Below are positions 38,959 to 50,888 of a stretch of 64,000 nt of DNA, piece after piece. The number at the start of each line of letters is the position of its first letter. The stretch's first letter is position 1. The translations under genes and the position numbers were made by a program. The notes beneath the pieces are model-generated. The model made no database searches and was not told the origin of the DNA. It worked only from the letters and a program-made list of their open reading frames with translations. The stretch covers positions 1,054,001 to 1,118,000 of the forward strand of contig NW_026781862.1 of assembly GCF_031769215.1 (NCBI RefSeq). The letters are read 5' to 3'. This DNA comes from Ylistrum balloti (Eukaryota).

Positions 38959-39789
38959 AAGTGGAATAGGATGTACTTCTTTCTCGAGTCCCTTCTATAT
39001 GTTCCTGTTCCATGCCCCGGCCCTTAAGAGATCCCCCTCAAAGGTAATCCCCCTATTGGGGCTACCCCCTCCCCCGAGGGATACTTCCTCGAGTGGCCTG
39101 CCCCTCAAGGGATTTATCAAATGTAGGAGGACCCAATGGGTGAGGATACCATGATACGGCTGATCGAATCACCGTCGATCTCGATAAGGAAGATTTTTAA
39201 TCGTTTTGTTTTGTACAGGTGGACAGGTACGTGGCCTGACTGCCAACTGTATAGACGACGTCATCAAATCGGAAATGAGAGAAGACTTCGAACGCGGCTT
39301 GTATGGGTTTTGCACGGACGAATCGATCACTAGTTGCCGCGAAGGTGCTGTGTGCGTCACTCGAAATACGACAAGAGAATGCCGAGTTTGTCCAAGACCG
39401 AACACGAGAGTGACGATCGATCTCTGTCCCAAAACATACATCGTCAGCATACCAAGGACCGTGACAATATCCAGCGCCGTAATTGTTGCCTACGAGATAC
39501 TGAGAAGGGTAAAAAATGAAACCCAAAGGACTGACCGTCAGAGAAAGAAAGACGAGAGGCATATCCAAGCGTCACGTCAGAGCCCTCTTGACCACTTTTT
39601 GTTATATTCTCAGGATCAAGGTACCAGGATCGAACATCAATCGAAGTTTCAGGGTCAAGGACAATATCATCTTTACGTACGTCCAAGAACATCAAGGATT
39701 TGGTTACTTTTATTGCAAGCGAAATGTGGAAAATGACGGAGTCAACACCACTCACCAGTTAAGCAAAAAGAAATAATTACGGACGAGGA

Positions 39790-40676
39790 TTTGGCAGAAA
39801 TATTGGCTAATTGCTTCGAAGACTAGCTCCTTCCCATCCCGTTAATTAAATTGTGAACTGTGAATTCACCTGGATAAGGCAGCAAACCTTCCATTTAAAT
39901 TACGAGAAATAAATACGAAAATTGACAGCATTAAGGAATCACCCAAGAAATATGAAAGTCCACTTTAAATGAGTTAATAACCTTTATAAGTGATATGTTT
40001 AAAGGAACGACGAAAAGGTCTTTGGAATAAAAGAAGCTTATACAGGTAAAAAAAATGATAATTCATGAATGTCACATGAAACGAAAAGAATTTCATGACG
40101 CTAAGAAAAGGTACACTATTTTAAAAAGTATTGCGAACCGTAAACACTAAACAAGAAAGGTAGATGGTACAGAAACGTGATCAACGCAAATTATTTAAAG
40201 TTTCATGAAGAACCTGTAAGAGAAACAAGGAAAATTTCTTGTATAAACCAAAATTGTTTTAGAACATCCTGAACAGAATCGATAAATCGAATGAAAACAC
40301 AAAGATGACTTCCAAATCGATGAACTGTATGAATGTTTTAGCAAATTGAATCTTCAAAACGGTGAACACGAAGTCTTCAGAAATACCGATTAGGAACGCC
40401 AGTATCTATGATATATAATGGTCCAATTATTCCCGAAGAAGTTGTAAACTCGATTCAAAAACTAGATAATAACAAAGCATGCGGTATAGACGATGTATAT
40501 AACGAATATATAATAATATAGAGGATATTATGCCTCTTACATTCGTTAAACTGTTTAACATTATACAAGATACTGGTTTAATACCGGAAAGTTGGAGTAC
40601 TGAGATAAATAAACCCATATGCAAAACAAAAACATAGATGAACCTAAAGAACTAGACAATTACAGAGCTATTACAC
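39790..40676 (+). mobile_element. Decayed non-LTR retrotransposon (LINE) ORF2 fragment
   Basis: 40420-40676 translates, with frameshifts and stops, to PIIPEEVVNSIQKLDNNKACGIDDVYNEYI / PLTFVKLFNIIQDTGLIPESWSTEINKPI / DNYRAIT. This matches the conserved pre-RT region of LINE ORF2 (KxxGxDG...LFN...G..P..W...PI...NYRxI). The upstream A-rich, Lys-rich sequence is assumed to belong to the same element, so the 5' boundary is approximate. Confidence 0.7.
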
Positions 40677-40734
40677 ATGTTTAATGAATGGATCAATATT
40701 TACATCGATTTTGAATACCAGGTTATACCAAATA

Positions 40735-41252
40735 TCCGACGAATTAATTTCAGGAAAGGTCATTCGAGGTCACATTGGACCCCGCTCTCCAGCCTCGAGG
40801 GCAGAGGCCCGTCGTTTATACCAAATTTAGTCCACTTCGCCAAAGAATGCTTCAAACAAAATCCAGTCTTTCCTGTAGGAAAAGTAGGATTTTAAAGAAT
40901 TTTCACTATATACCCCTATTTGGTCACAACCCCTACCGCTTCAGACGACCAAAACCCATCGTTTACACAAAATTGGTTCCCTTTCATCCAATGCAAGGAA
41001 ACTTCACACCAAATTTTGCCAAAATCCAGCCAAAACTTCCCCAGTGTGGCCCAGCTTTCAATCCCCTGGGCGTCGAGATCCACCCTTTATGCAAAATTTG
41101 TTTCTCGACCCCAAGGATGCTTCTGACCAAATTTGGTCAAAATCCGCTCAGTCCTCTATGACTAGTAGCGATTCTCAGGTAAAACATTGACGGACGACAG
41201 TCGCTGCTCTATAGCATAAACTTGCGGGTTCTTCGGACTAGATGAGCTAAAA
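40735..41252. mobile_element. Degenerate interspersed repeat (probable non-autonomous element)
   Basis: Internally repeated ACCAAATTT(A/G)G / CAAAATT modules, GGACGGACGAC near the end and a terminal GATGAGCTAAAA. These are motifs I associate with abundant bivalve non-autonomous repeats. It interrupts the LINE fragment. Family not assigned. Confidence 0.45.
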
Positions 41253-41425
41253 TAGCTCTTGTATACATTCAGAAAATCGGATAGACACTGTCATAAGCAG
41301 TAACATCACCGCGTGCACAACCCACATCAGCGTTGCTAATGAGCGAGCACCAGGGCTGCAAGTTGAAACCCTTGAAAACGAGATTAGGTAAGAAAACGTT
41401 TCCGTATCGCTCCTAAATGTTTTCT

Positions 41426-41540
41426 CTTCGACTTGTCATATAACGCACGTGCCACACTATTGTTTTTCTTCGACATGTCTTATAGCGCACGTACCCCACT
41501 TATCTTTACACTTCGACTTGTCATATAGCGCATGGACCCC
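41426..41540. repeat. Short degenerate tandem repeat, about 43-bp unit, 3 copies
   Basis: TTCGAC(T/A)TGTC.TATA.CGCA recurs at about 41428, 41469 and 41514. Confidence 0.65.
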
Positions 41541-43118
41541 AATAATGTTTTTAGATTACGTCCGTACCTATGATAATTTACATGTGTTGACGTATGGAGG
41601 ATAAGAAGGATACTGAACGCCACGCGATTTCTCGTCTCGTATCCACTCCATCCTCAGGTGACGCGCGCAGTTGATCAGAATATCTGTGATTATAGTATGG
41701 AATGAATCAATGTCTTGCTTTTGATTTATGTCGATGTCTAGATGCTTCCGTAGTATGTTGTCGACGGTGAGTTGGAACTATCTTAGATTATCAACATTGC
41801 AAGTTCTCAATTATCGTTCGACGGAGGTTTTGAAAACGCGGTGTCAAGGAACACTTGCACTCGGATTGTACATTCCAAAACTGCGTGGTCAGGCGCGGTA
41901 TATCTGTGTCGGGAATGGAACAGACTCTTCATGCCTGGATGCAGTCAATCATTTGGTCTTTCGTCAGAGAAGAGTAAAAGTGTAAAATAGTCCCGAACAC
42001 ATGTCAAATTTGTTGATTGGAATAAAGTTGTTTGAGGAGATTGGCTCATGAAATGGCGATTTTTCCCGTCGCGCAGAATACAAAATAGGCTGTGTATCAT
42101 ATTGGGCGTCAATAATATCAGCATAGAACCTGATGCAACCTCCAATGGGCTATGTGACTTTACTTTATTCCTTTACACCGGAGTGTAGACATATAGACCC
42201 CAATCAGAAAAGGAAGCGTAGAATTAACACGATGAATACACATACCGATGGTACAATTCGATTGTCTGGTATACTTTCTAAAGGGTAGCAAAGTTTTTGA
42301 TGGACTATGAATATTAGCCCACCGTTACCACAGCAAATGAAATTATAGTTCTTACCTAATGATGCTGGTGATGTATCACAATGTTTATAGATATGGTCAT
42401 GGAAACTCGGCACATCTAACCAGGAGACGAAGTTGGCAGCTTTATCGTACTCGTCGGCTTATACAAATTTAAAACGACGAATGTAAGAATGGACAAGATG
42501 ACATAATCAACTAAACTGTAAGCCCACACAATAGAAAATTTTTGATTTGACACTAATTCAAAACATCCGGTAATCGACAATCAACCATAAAAAGTATAAG
42601 TTATAAATTAACTTTTAGTCCATTTTATTCCATTGTAAATCTTTCACTTAGAGCCACTATGTCCACAGTCGTCGAGCTCTCTCTTTCGACATGAAATGTC
42701 AGACATGGAAAATACGATTCCTAAATTCTGCTGTCGATTGATTCCAAAGGATATTTGAAATTATTTCTTCTTAACTGTTAAAAAGTCGGTATGCCCAACA
42801 TCAAACTACCTTGGCATTCCTACCAGAGAAAATACGGTTTTCAAAACTGAAATGTCATAATAATAACATCGATGGGATCTGTGTGCAACATTGTATATCA
42901 AAAGTCGAGTAAGAATCGTTTATGGGCGATAAGGAAACGTGACTTGTCCCTGCTTAGTTTTGGCTTATATCTAACGAACGCACCTAGAGCTTGTCTAGTC
43001 GAACACTCCTGAGTGACCTCTATACGCGTCCTCCAGGTGGCGCATCATTGGGAAAGCGGCGCATTGTTTGAAATTTTCGGGTTGTATATTTTGAAAATTT
43101 TAAACTGAAAACCGAAAA

Positions 43119-46100
43119 ATGGTGCCTGTTTACGACGTGATACGAGCTTTAGCTCTTTTGGTGGGGTTTGGAGTTAGTCTTGGAGACAGGAAGACTGCCA
43201 TGTTTGCAGATATGGTATTCACCTCATGGCTCGGCGTTGGAGCAATCTTATTTCCACAATTTTTCATGGGTCAGCAGGTGCGTTGTTTTCGAAACGATTC
43301 TACATAATATTGTCACGTACTTAAATATTTTCAGTGTTATTAGTTGCGTGCGTTATTGCATTTCGCATTTGGTAGATATTGCCACTTGATCGACTTCAAA
43401 TGTTGCAATTAACCGTTTGACTTCATTTGAGATTTATGAGGACGTCGACTTATCATTTAACAAAAAGATTGGGAGAATAGGGACCGGTAGCCAGATTCAT
43501 GTCAGTAGCATGTTATTACTGATATGATAGTAAACTATGGAAGGCGCAGCTGTTTAGATTTGAGCACAAGGGTTTCTTACTCAATGTTGCGATGTTGTAT
43601 TCAATAAATGGTTCAGAGTCCGTATACAGTACAGCATAATATTTTATAGGCACATTGTAATACCTATAAAATATGTCAGAACCTCTAGTTTTGATTTTAA
43701 ATGTATTGATTTAGTCTGATATTTTGATGGAGTTATTGCCCTTGGTTTAAGAAATGGAGAGGGTCCACATGGGTTCATAATTATACTCAGAATTTCTCTG
43801 TACTGATGAGGATATGATAATATGTAGTTGTAAAGTAGTCACCTCTTAAAATGCCAATAACATCAAAATTTACATCCTATATGTGGTCGATTAAATAATA
43901 ATGAACTAATTGCTAAAGAAGTTTAACACACTGAAATTATAGCTTATGTAGTCAGAAATGAACTAATATGTTACCAAAGGTGCAGAAATTTAAAAACTGG
44001 TGTCAGATGAAGGTAATCATTTCCTAGTTGGTGACAATGTGAAGAAATAAGACATTTATTTATTGTGGTTTGGTGTATGTTCAATATGGTTTGGTTCCTA
44101 ATTGCTTTATATCCTACTAACAGATATGGTCATTGAAGGAAATCCGTGGCCAGTTAGGAATTACACAAAAGTGATGGGAAGTACAGTTCTTAAATGTCCC
44201 ACCTGTAGGGCAGATGTTTAGTGTGACAGGATGGCACTGTGGATTTAAAATTCACATTTTGTCAATAGGCCTTTACTAAGACCACAAAGAGAAATATTGA
44301 TATACATGTAACTAAAGTGATTCTGCTTGAAGATATGACCATGTCAGATGTATTGATGAAATAGTTCTTTGCAGATTGTTGGTAATGGATCTTTTGGCAA
44401 ATTACGATTTTTGAAGTATTTCTTTGTGATATTTTGACAAATGATTTTGTTTGTATTGCAGGTGTTCAGCGACAAGACTATCAAGGATCCTAATAACATC
44501 CTCATGTACCGTTTGTATGGTGTACATATTTTGGCTCCTATGGTAATGTGGTACTCTTGCAGAAAATCACGAGATGATAGTGTCATTGGAGCAATGCTGT
44601 GGTCCAGGACACTGGTAAAACTCTTTGATATATTTACTAAATCAGCTGATCACTATATATATGGTTTTGTAGTAAGGAATTTCCACTAAACTCTGGTTTT
44701 CAGTATTTAGAATGTTATGTAATCTTCATTTCAGTTTTTAGAACTGATTTTTTAAACTAAACAAAATTTCAATGTTAAATTTTCCTCGGTCATGTTCGTC
44801 CAAGTTAAATTCTACACTTAACAGTGGGTGTTGATATTAAGACTTGTCAATATTTACAGGGGCTGTTCCCACTGTTGATGGTAATGTTGCATGGACACTT
44901 TACCTACACCAAGACTTTCACTGACAGGGTAAGTATTTTTATCAAACTGAATGTAATGATAATACATTGTTTAGAAAGCATATTAAGTGTCATTAAATCA
45001 AGGGGATACTGCTAGCTATAATGATGATGACAATAATTTACATTGCCTTGCTAGATGGGACAGAGGAGGCTTGATATTGATATTACATTTGGGCTGTGTG
45101 ATGTCTACAACAATATCATGTTACACCTGTACACTTCTGCAAGGCAAGCAAACTGTAGACAAAGTCTAAATCAAGAAAGCACGTCTGTATTTATAAAACA
45201 GTAATCTGCTGTAAATACTGACTGTGGCAATCAGTTTGTAGTCGTATGATTGAAGTTGTATACAGGGTTTGCTTAATACAAATACAATAATAGATTGTGA
45301 GGATAACAGAAACACAAGTATGAAGCATTCTGTGATTCAAAGGATAATATACATTAAGCAGATCCACCTGATATTATATTGTATTATTGGTCAGATGTAT
45401 AGATTGTTAATTGTGCTTGTGCTACCAATAATTCATTAAAATGACTAAATGGTTTGGTTTTCATTTCATGACTGATAAAAAGCATTATAACCTTTAAACC
45501 TGTTAAAAGTTGCTCATTTTCTTTTTATTACAATATTCAGAAGTTTGCTCAATCATGTAATTAAAAACAACAAAAATCTTAAATAAAACAGGAGCAACCA
45601 ATCACTTATTATTACCATTATCATTTTGAGAGTATAAACAATACATTTCTACATTCGAGATGAAAGAGAATTTAGAAATCAATAAAGCTACATATTTAAT
45701 CGAGGTTTTGAAAGATTACAGAATGAACTTTGCCACTTTCAACTAAAATAGCGGTGGACACAACAGTGGTTGTCAACCATTGCTAGCTTGAAGCTGATAA
45801 TCTTTATCAATTTTTTCTCAAAAACTGCTATGATTTTGTGAAAAGTCTAATTTTAAGTATTGCAACGTTCACCCAAAATCAAATGCATGGGAAAAAGTTA
45901 CACAATCTAATCATTTAGTCACTTTAAATGTTATAACAAGATCTAAAGATAATGAAATGCAGTTGGGGAAAAAAGTTTGCCAAATGTGGTAATGTGTAAA
46001 TAAAAATGTTTTACATCTGACCCTGGTGTCAATAAATAAACTGACTCCGAGGTTTATTACAGAATAATGGTTTGTATGCAAATATAAATGAGCTTATTAT

Positions 46101-48142
46101 CAGGCATGGGAACGTGACTGGAGTGTTTAAGACATGAAGGCCTGTATATCCTTTTAAAGGTAACACATGAGAAACAGCTCCACCATTTTTTTGTAGGCCT
46201 CCTGTACATTTTTTTCCTTCACATACATATGTTTTAATACTGGTTCCAGTTTTATGTTTATGTTTTTTCTATTGTTTTGTAGAACATGTGGTTCTTCATT
46301 CTGTGTGTTGGCTGTATCATGGTGACCAATATTGTCCAGCTTGTGAGAACAAGACCTTCTGTTGGTAGACGAGAAATGAAAGGTCCTGTCAGTGTTATCT
46401 TACGACTTGACTTCCTGCTCCTTTTTATCATTGGGTTAGCGACAATGGCTTTCCCAAAGGTGACAATCGGGTCGTTTGTAAGTATTTAATGAAGCATAGT
46501 ACCATCAGTGCTCCAGATATGCTGCATATTTGCATATTTTACTCAGCAATATTGATTGAAGATACATTGACAAAATTTTGTCTATCAATACTTGTTGTAA
46601 GTAGGAGACAACCACCAATTAAGATTTTAGCTTCAAATTTGATTTTCTATGGATGGACAGTAGTTTTAATTTAGAATCACTTTGAATAACTGAATGGCCT
46701 TGCAGCATTTTCTGCATTGGTTATCAGATTAGATGAATATAACAAACAGCTTATAACTATGAAACCCTGTACTTTAGATGTGATCATATGATGTGCCAAA
46801 GAATCCTCTGGCAATATCATGTTCTGTGTTTTAAATTCACTAACAAGAGTGAAACCACATTATTTCACATCAAGTAAATCAGTTTTGGAGGTCAAGGGAC
46901 AATATATCAGAACAAAGAAACTCTAAATCCATATTGTGTCATACACAAATTATTAATTCATTTTATGCTATAATGTATCAAAATTAGCATAGACTCAGAA
47001 ACCTAATTTTTTCACAGTCATACACAAAAGATCAATTTGTTATATACTAAAATGTATCAAAACTAGCTCAGACCCAGAAACCTTTTTTTTCGCAGTCATA
47101 CACAATGGATTCATCCATTCTTTACTACAATGTATCAAAACTGGCAGAGAGCCAGAAAACAATTTATTTCACTGTTTCCTATGGTTTATTACTGAAATCT
47201 TTTTCCAGATACACGATCCCAAGAACTTTCAAGTCCACCAAGAGCGTGTGTCTGGTGCCATTGCATTCGGTCATATTTTTCTGGCCTGGTTTGCCCCAAG
47301 CTTTAGAGAAAATGAGGACAGAAGGAGGTTTTTTTGCATGCAGCTCACGGTAAATTAGACTTTTCCCACACTTTATGTACATCATACTGTTAAAGATTTG
47401 ATATATCCCAGTATGAATTTCTTTTATGATTGTGTATCCGCAGGGTTTATTCTTTATTTTCATATTGTGCTGTTAGTATGTCGTTTGAACTGTGTCAGTT
47501 TAATTAAATGTAAATTTAGACATTTGACGTGTGATGGGTTGGCGTCTCAAACAAAATTAACATATGGCAATCTGGTTCCTCGATTGACTTATTAAGTGGC
47601 AGTACAGCTTCTATTGTTGATAAGGATTGGGATAATATATGTAAAGAACTCAGGCTGTTTGTGTAACATTTGTTGATACTTTAACAATCAGAATGTTTTT
47701 TGGTTTTTACATACATTCACAATCAAAACAAGTATTTACCACATATTTGTCAACATCTGTTTATTAAATTTTGAAGAATTTTGGTAATGAAAAGTTCAAG
47801 GAAGTACAACTACAAAGCAATTCATGTTGTTTACTGTAAATATAATGTCCCCACTTATTCCTTTGTATACACTTTTCTTCATAACAGATTGAAATCAGTA
47901 TTGATCCTTTTCAGGAGAACGTGCTTGAATGTATTTTCTTTTATTTTCAGATAATACTCCTCACCCTTGGATGTGTGGCCTGTGCCTTCTATGATGGATC
48001 AATCAATGCAGAGACGGTACGATTGTTTCTGGGTTGCTGCTTAACCGGCATTTTACCTGCTGCAGGACTGTACTACTTGGCAGAGGATTCTTCTTCCTCC
48101 ATAACCTCTAAAACATACTTCACAAGATCAAAGGCATCGTAA
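43119..48142 (+). CDS. Uncharacterised multi-pass membrane protein B (302 aa; paralog of A)
   Basis: Exons 43119-43277, 44462-44614, 44860-44928, 46283-46477, 47209-47349, 47951-48142. All introns are GT-AG and phase 0. About nine hydrophobic segments. Shares motifs with A, e.g. AMLWSR and MAFP. Confidence 0.9.
46972..47175. repeat. Degenerate tandem repeat, about 78-bp unit, about 3 copies, gene B intron 4
   Basis: AATGTATCAAAA.T.GC...GA..CAGAAA recurs three times. Confidence 0.65.
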
Positions 48143-50888
48143 TATGACTACAACAGTTCACAACATGTAAAACAGGATGTATCTCAAGCTTCCTCTGTAT
48201 ATCCTCAAGTTGTTAAAGACCTTGTTTGGTATTGAGTTTAAAGTAAAATGTTTTTCTAGAGACAGATGATATTCTGATGAATTTATTGTTGTGTATGAAA
48301 GTCTTGCCTTCACTTCAGATATAAATCATATTATGATCTTCAAAAGTCATTACTTATTTTGATATAGGTAATTTGCTTTAGAAAAATAGAGGTTGAAGCC
48401 TGTTACAAGATTTCTACGCAGTGGGGAGAAAATAATCATTTTGCTATTTTAAATAGCATTGATAAGAATAGGCAGCATTCAATGTACTACAAGTGCAATT
48501 TTTATACTTTTAAGTCAAGTGGATGAGTTTTTGTATAGAAATGTGTAAAAGAGAATTAATGAAGGAATGAACTGAAGGTGAAATGCAGATTAAATGACAC
48601 CTACTGTGTATGGATGTTACCATTGTTTTAAGACTAGACTGTCAGGTACAAATGTAAAATATATTGACACAAGTATATATTTTTCAAGTTACAATGATTT
48701 CATTTTTTGATACAAATTTCTTTGCACAAAAATCATGTTTTAAAAGTATGATTGGTAATTGTATGTAATTTGATGTCAAGCTATTTCTGATTCATCCAAG
48801 ATGTAATGTCACTTTTGAATGGTCATGTTTCACTGGAGAGTATTTGCAGAGGTATATCTATGATATATTGTCTGCTGCAAATTGTTAATATGATGAATGA
48901 CCTCATGTCTTGGCCCAAAAGATTATTGAATCTTAAATGTTATCAGTGTCACAAATCCTGGATAGAGTGACAAAGAATGGAAAGTGGATAGCTTTACTGT
49001 TTGAAAACAGAAGTGATTACAATATTTAAATAGCTTCATATTTAATATACCATCATGAAGTTTTTAAAACTGGCTTATCCCTCAAAATACTTATGTTTGT
49101 ATTTTGGCATTTTATCACATATTTTTTCTTACCCGTGAATGAGATTTATTTTACAATCTGTTAGACATTTTACTTTGTAATATTACCACACTCCGTGTAC
49201 TTTATGTGACAAGTGCTGCTACTAATATTGGCAAAATAATCGAAACATTTAGCTTGATGATTTATAATATCAAATATTTTTTATGTACATTTGTAGTTTC
49301 ATATAATAATCCTTTGAAGTTTGATTTTACTGCTGGTCAAATATATTTCTTTGCTATTGTGTAATTTTTCTTTGTCCATAAACAGTTTTAAACATTATTC
49401 CTACAGAAAGTCTAATGACCATGGATGTTCATGTGTCTGTGATCTGTTTGCAGTTATGAATAAGGGCAGTGATTTTTTCCTCTGCTTGATTTTCACAACA
49501 ACCTGTGTGTGGAAACTGAATACATGAAAAGGTAGTAACATTCCTTTGTGAAAATTGTGGAAATACTCCTGTGTTTATTTTAGTAAAGCATGCTTATTTG
49601 GCTAGGAAGTGTCTTTCCTGCAGTATAAGGCATAAGAAATAAACCAAAATTTTGATGCATCAGAATTATTGATATTGAGGTAACATGTATTTTCCTGTAA
49701 TACATTTTTTTCAGTTAAAAAAGTACATTGTCATTGGCAGCAGAATCATTGTCCCTTAATTAACCTCACTCTTTATGTATCAGGTATAACAATCGTTTTT
49801 GTGACATTTATGTTTATTTGAGAGAGATAACATATTTGTATTTGAAGACTACCTGTTGCAATAAAGGAGTTTTTTTTAACTTGTGACTTTTTTTATATAT
49901 ATATCCAGGTAAGAAACACTTACCACATTAGGATATTAAGAGGTATTAATAAATCACCCAAAATGAATATGTTGACAACTTGACATGTTCTGGTCATTGT
50001 GAAATCCAGTGATTGACAAAATAATTTACAATGGGTTCTTTACCACCAGGAAATTATTTAGATCAAACAATGTTATCAATGTTAATACCCGGCCTCCTAC
50101 CTCATAACACAATTTAAACAAAATCGTAATTCTGTCAACTACACAAATTGCAGAAAGGGAATAGAGCGTTGGATGAGAACCTTTGTACATTTATAAGAGA
50201 TGTTTATTTGGTATTTAAAAAAAATTCAACTCCCTTTCAAACAATCTAGCTAGAAAACAAGTCTTGCCTTACTAAGGAATTAATGTAGTACTGTTATTTA
50301 AACTCTGCCTGCTACTACCCCAGTCAGACAATATTTCAACAATTATACTGACCATATATATCTGACCGATCTTGTAAACTTCTACAGTCTGATAACAAGA
50401 CATGATTAAGCTAGGCCAGTTGTTTTTAGCCAATCATTCCTGCAGACCATGGGTTTAGTGACAATAATCTACTAAGATAGCGGGATGTTGGAGAGGAAAT
50501 AGAATGGGAGAGATTGAGACAAAACTATCAAATCATATGTAAAAAGCAACGTTTTAGCGATTCTAATAGGATAAGATATGTTTATGACAACTACTGTAAC
50601 ACAAGAGGTCGCCGATCTGTCGAATTATTATCTGACCTTATTGTAAGGATATCGCCAAGTAAACTTCAAACATCGATGAAGTAGGTTGACGGCCGCAAAT
50701 ATTGTTCGAACCACGAATTTCAAATTAACAGTCAATGTCCAGAGTTTGGGGTTCAGAAACCCAAGAAACTGTGTTCACGTTTGGTACTAGGTCATTAAAT
50801 TAACCATGGAAATCCATAACGGCAGCTACAAAAATAATGGGACTTTCTCTTTGCTCATGAAGGTTTATTCAGTTAATTTTTGTGACAA

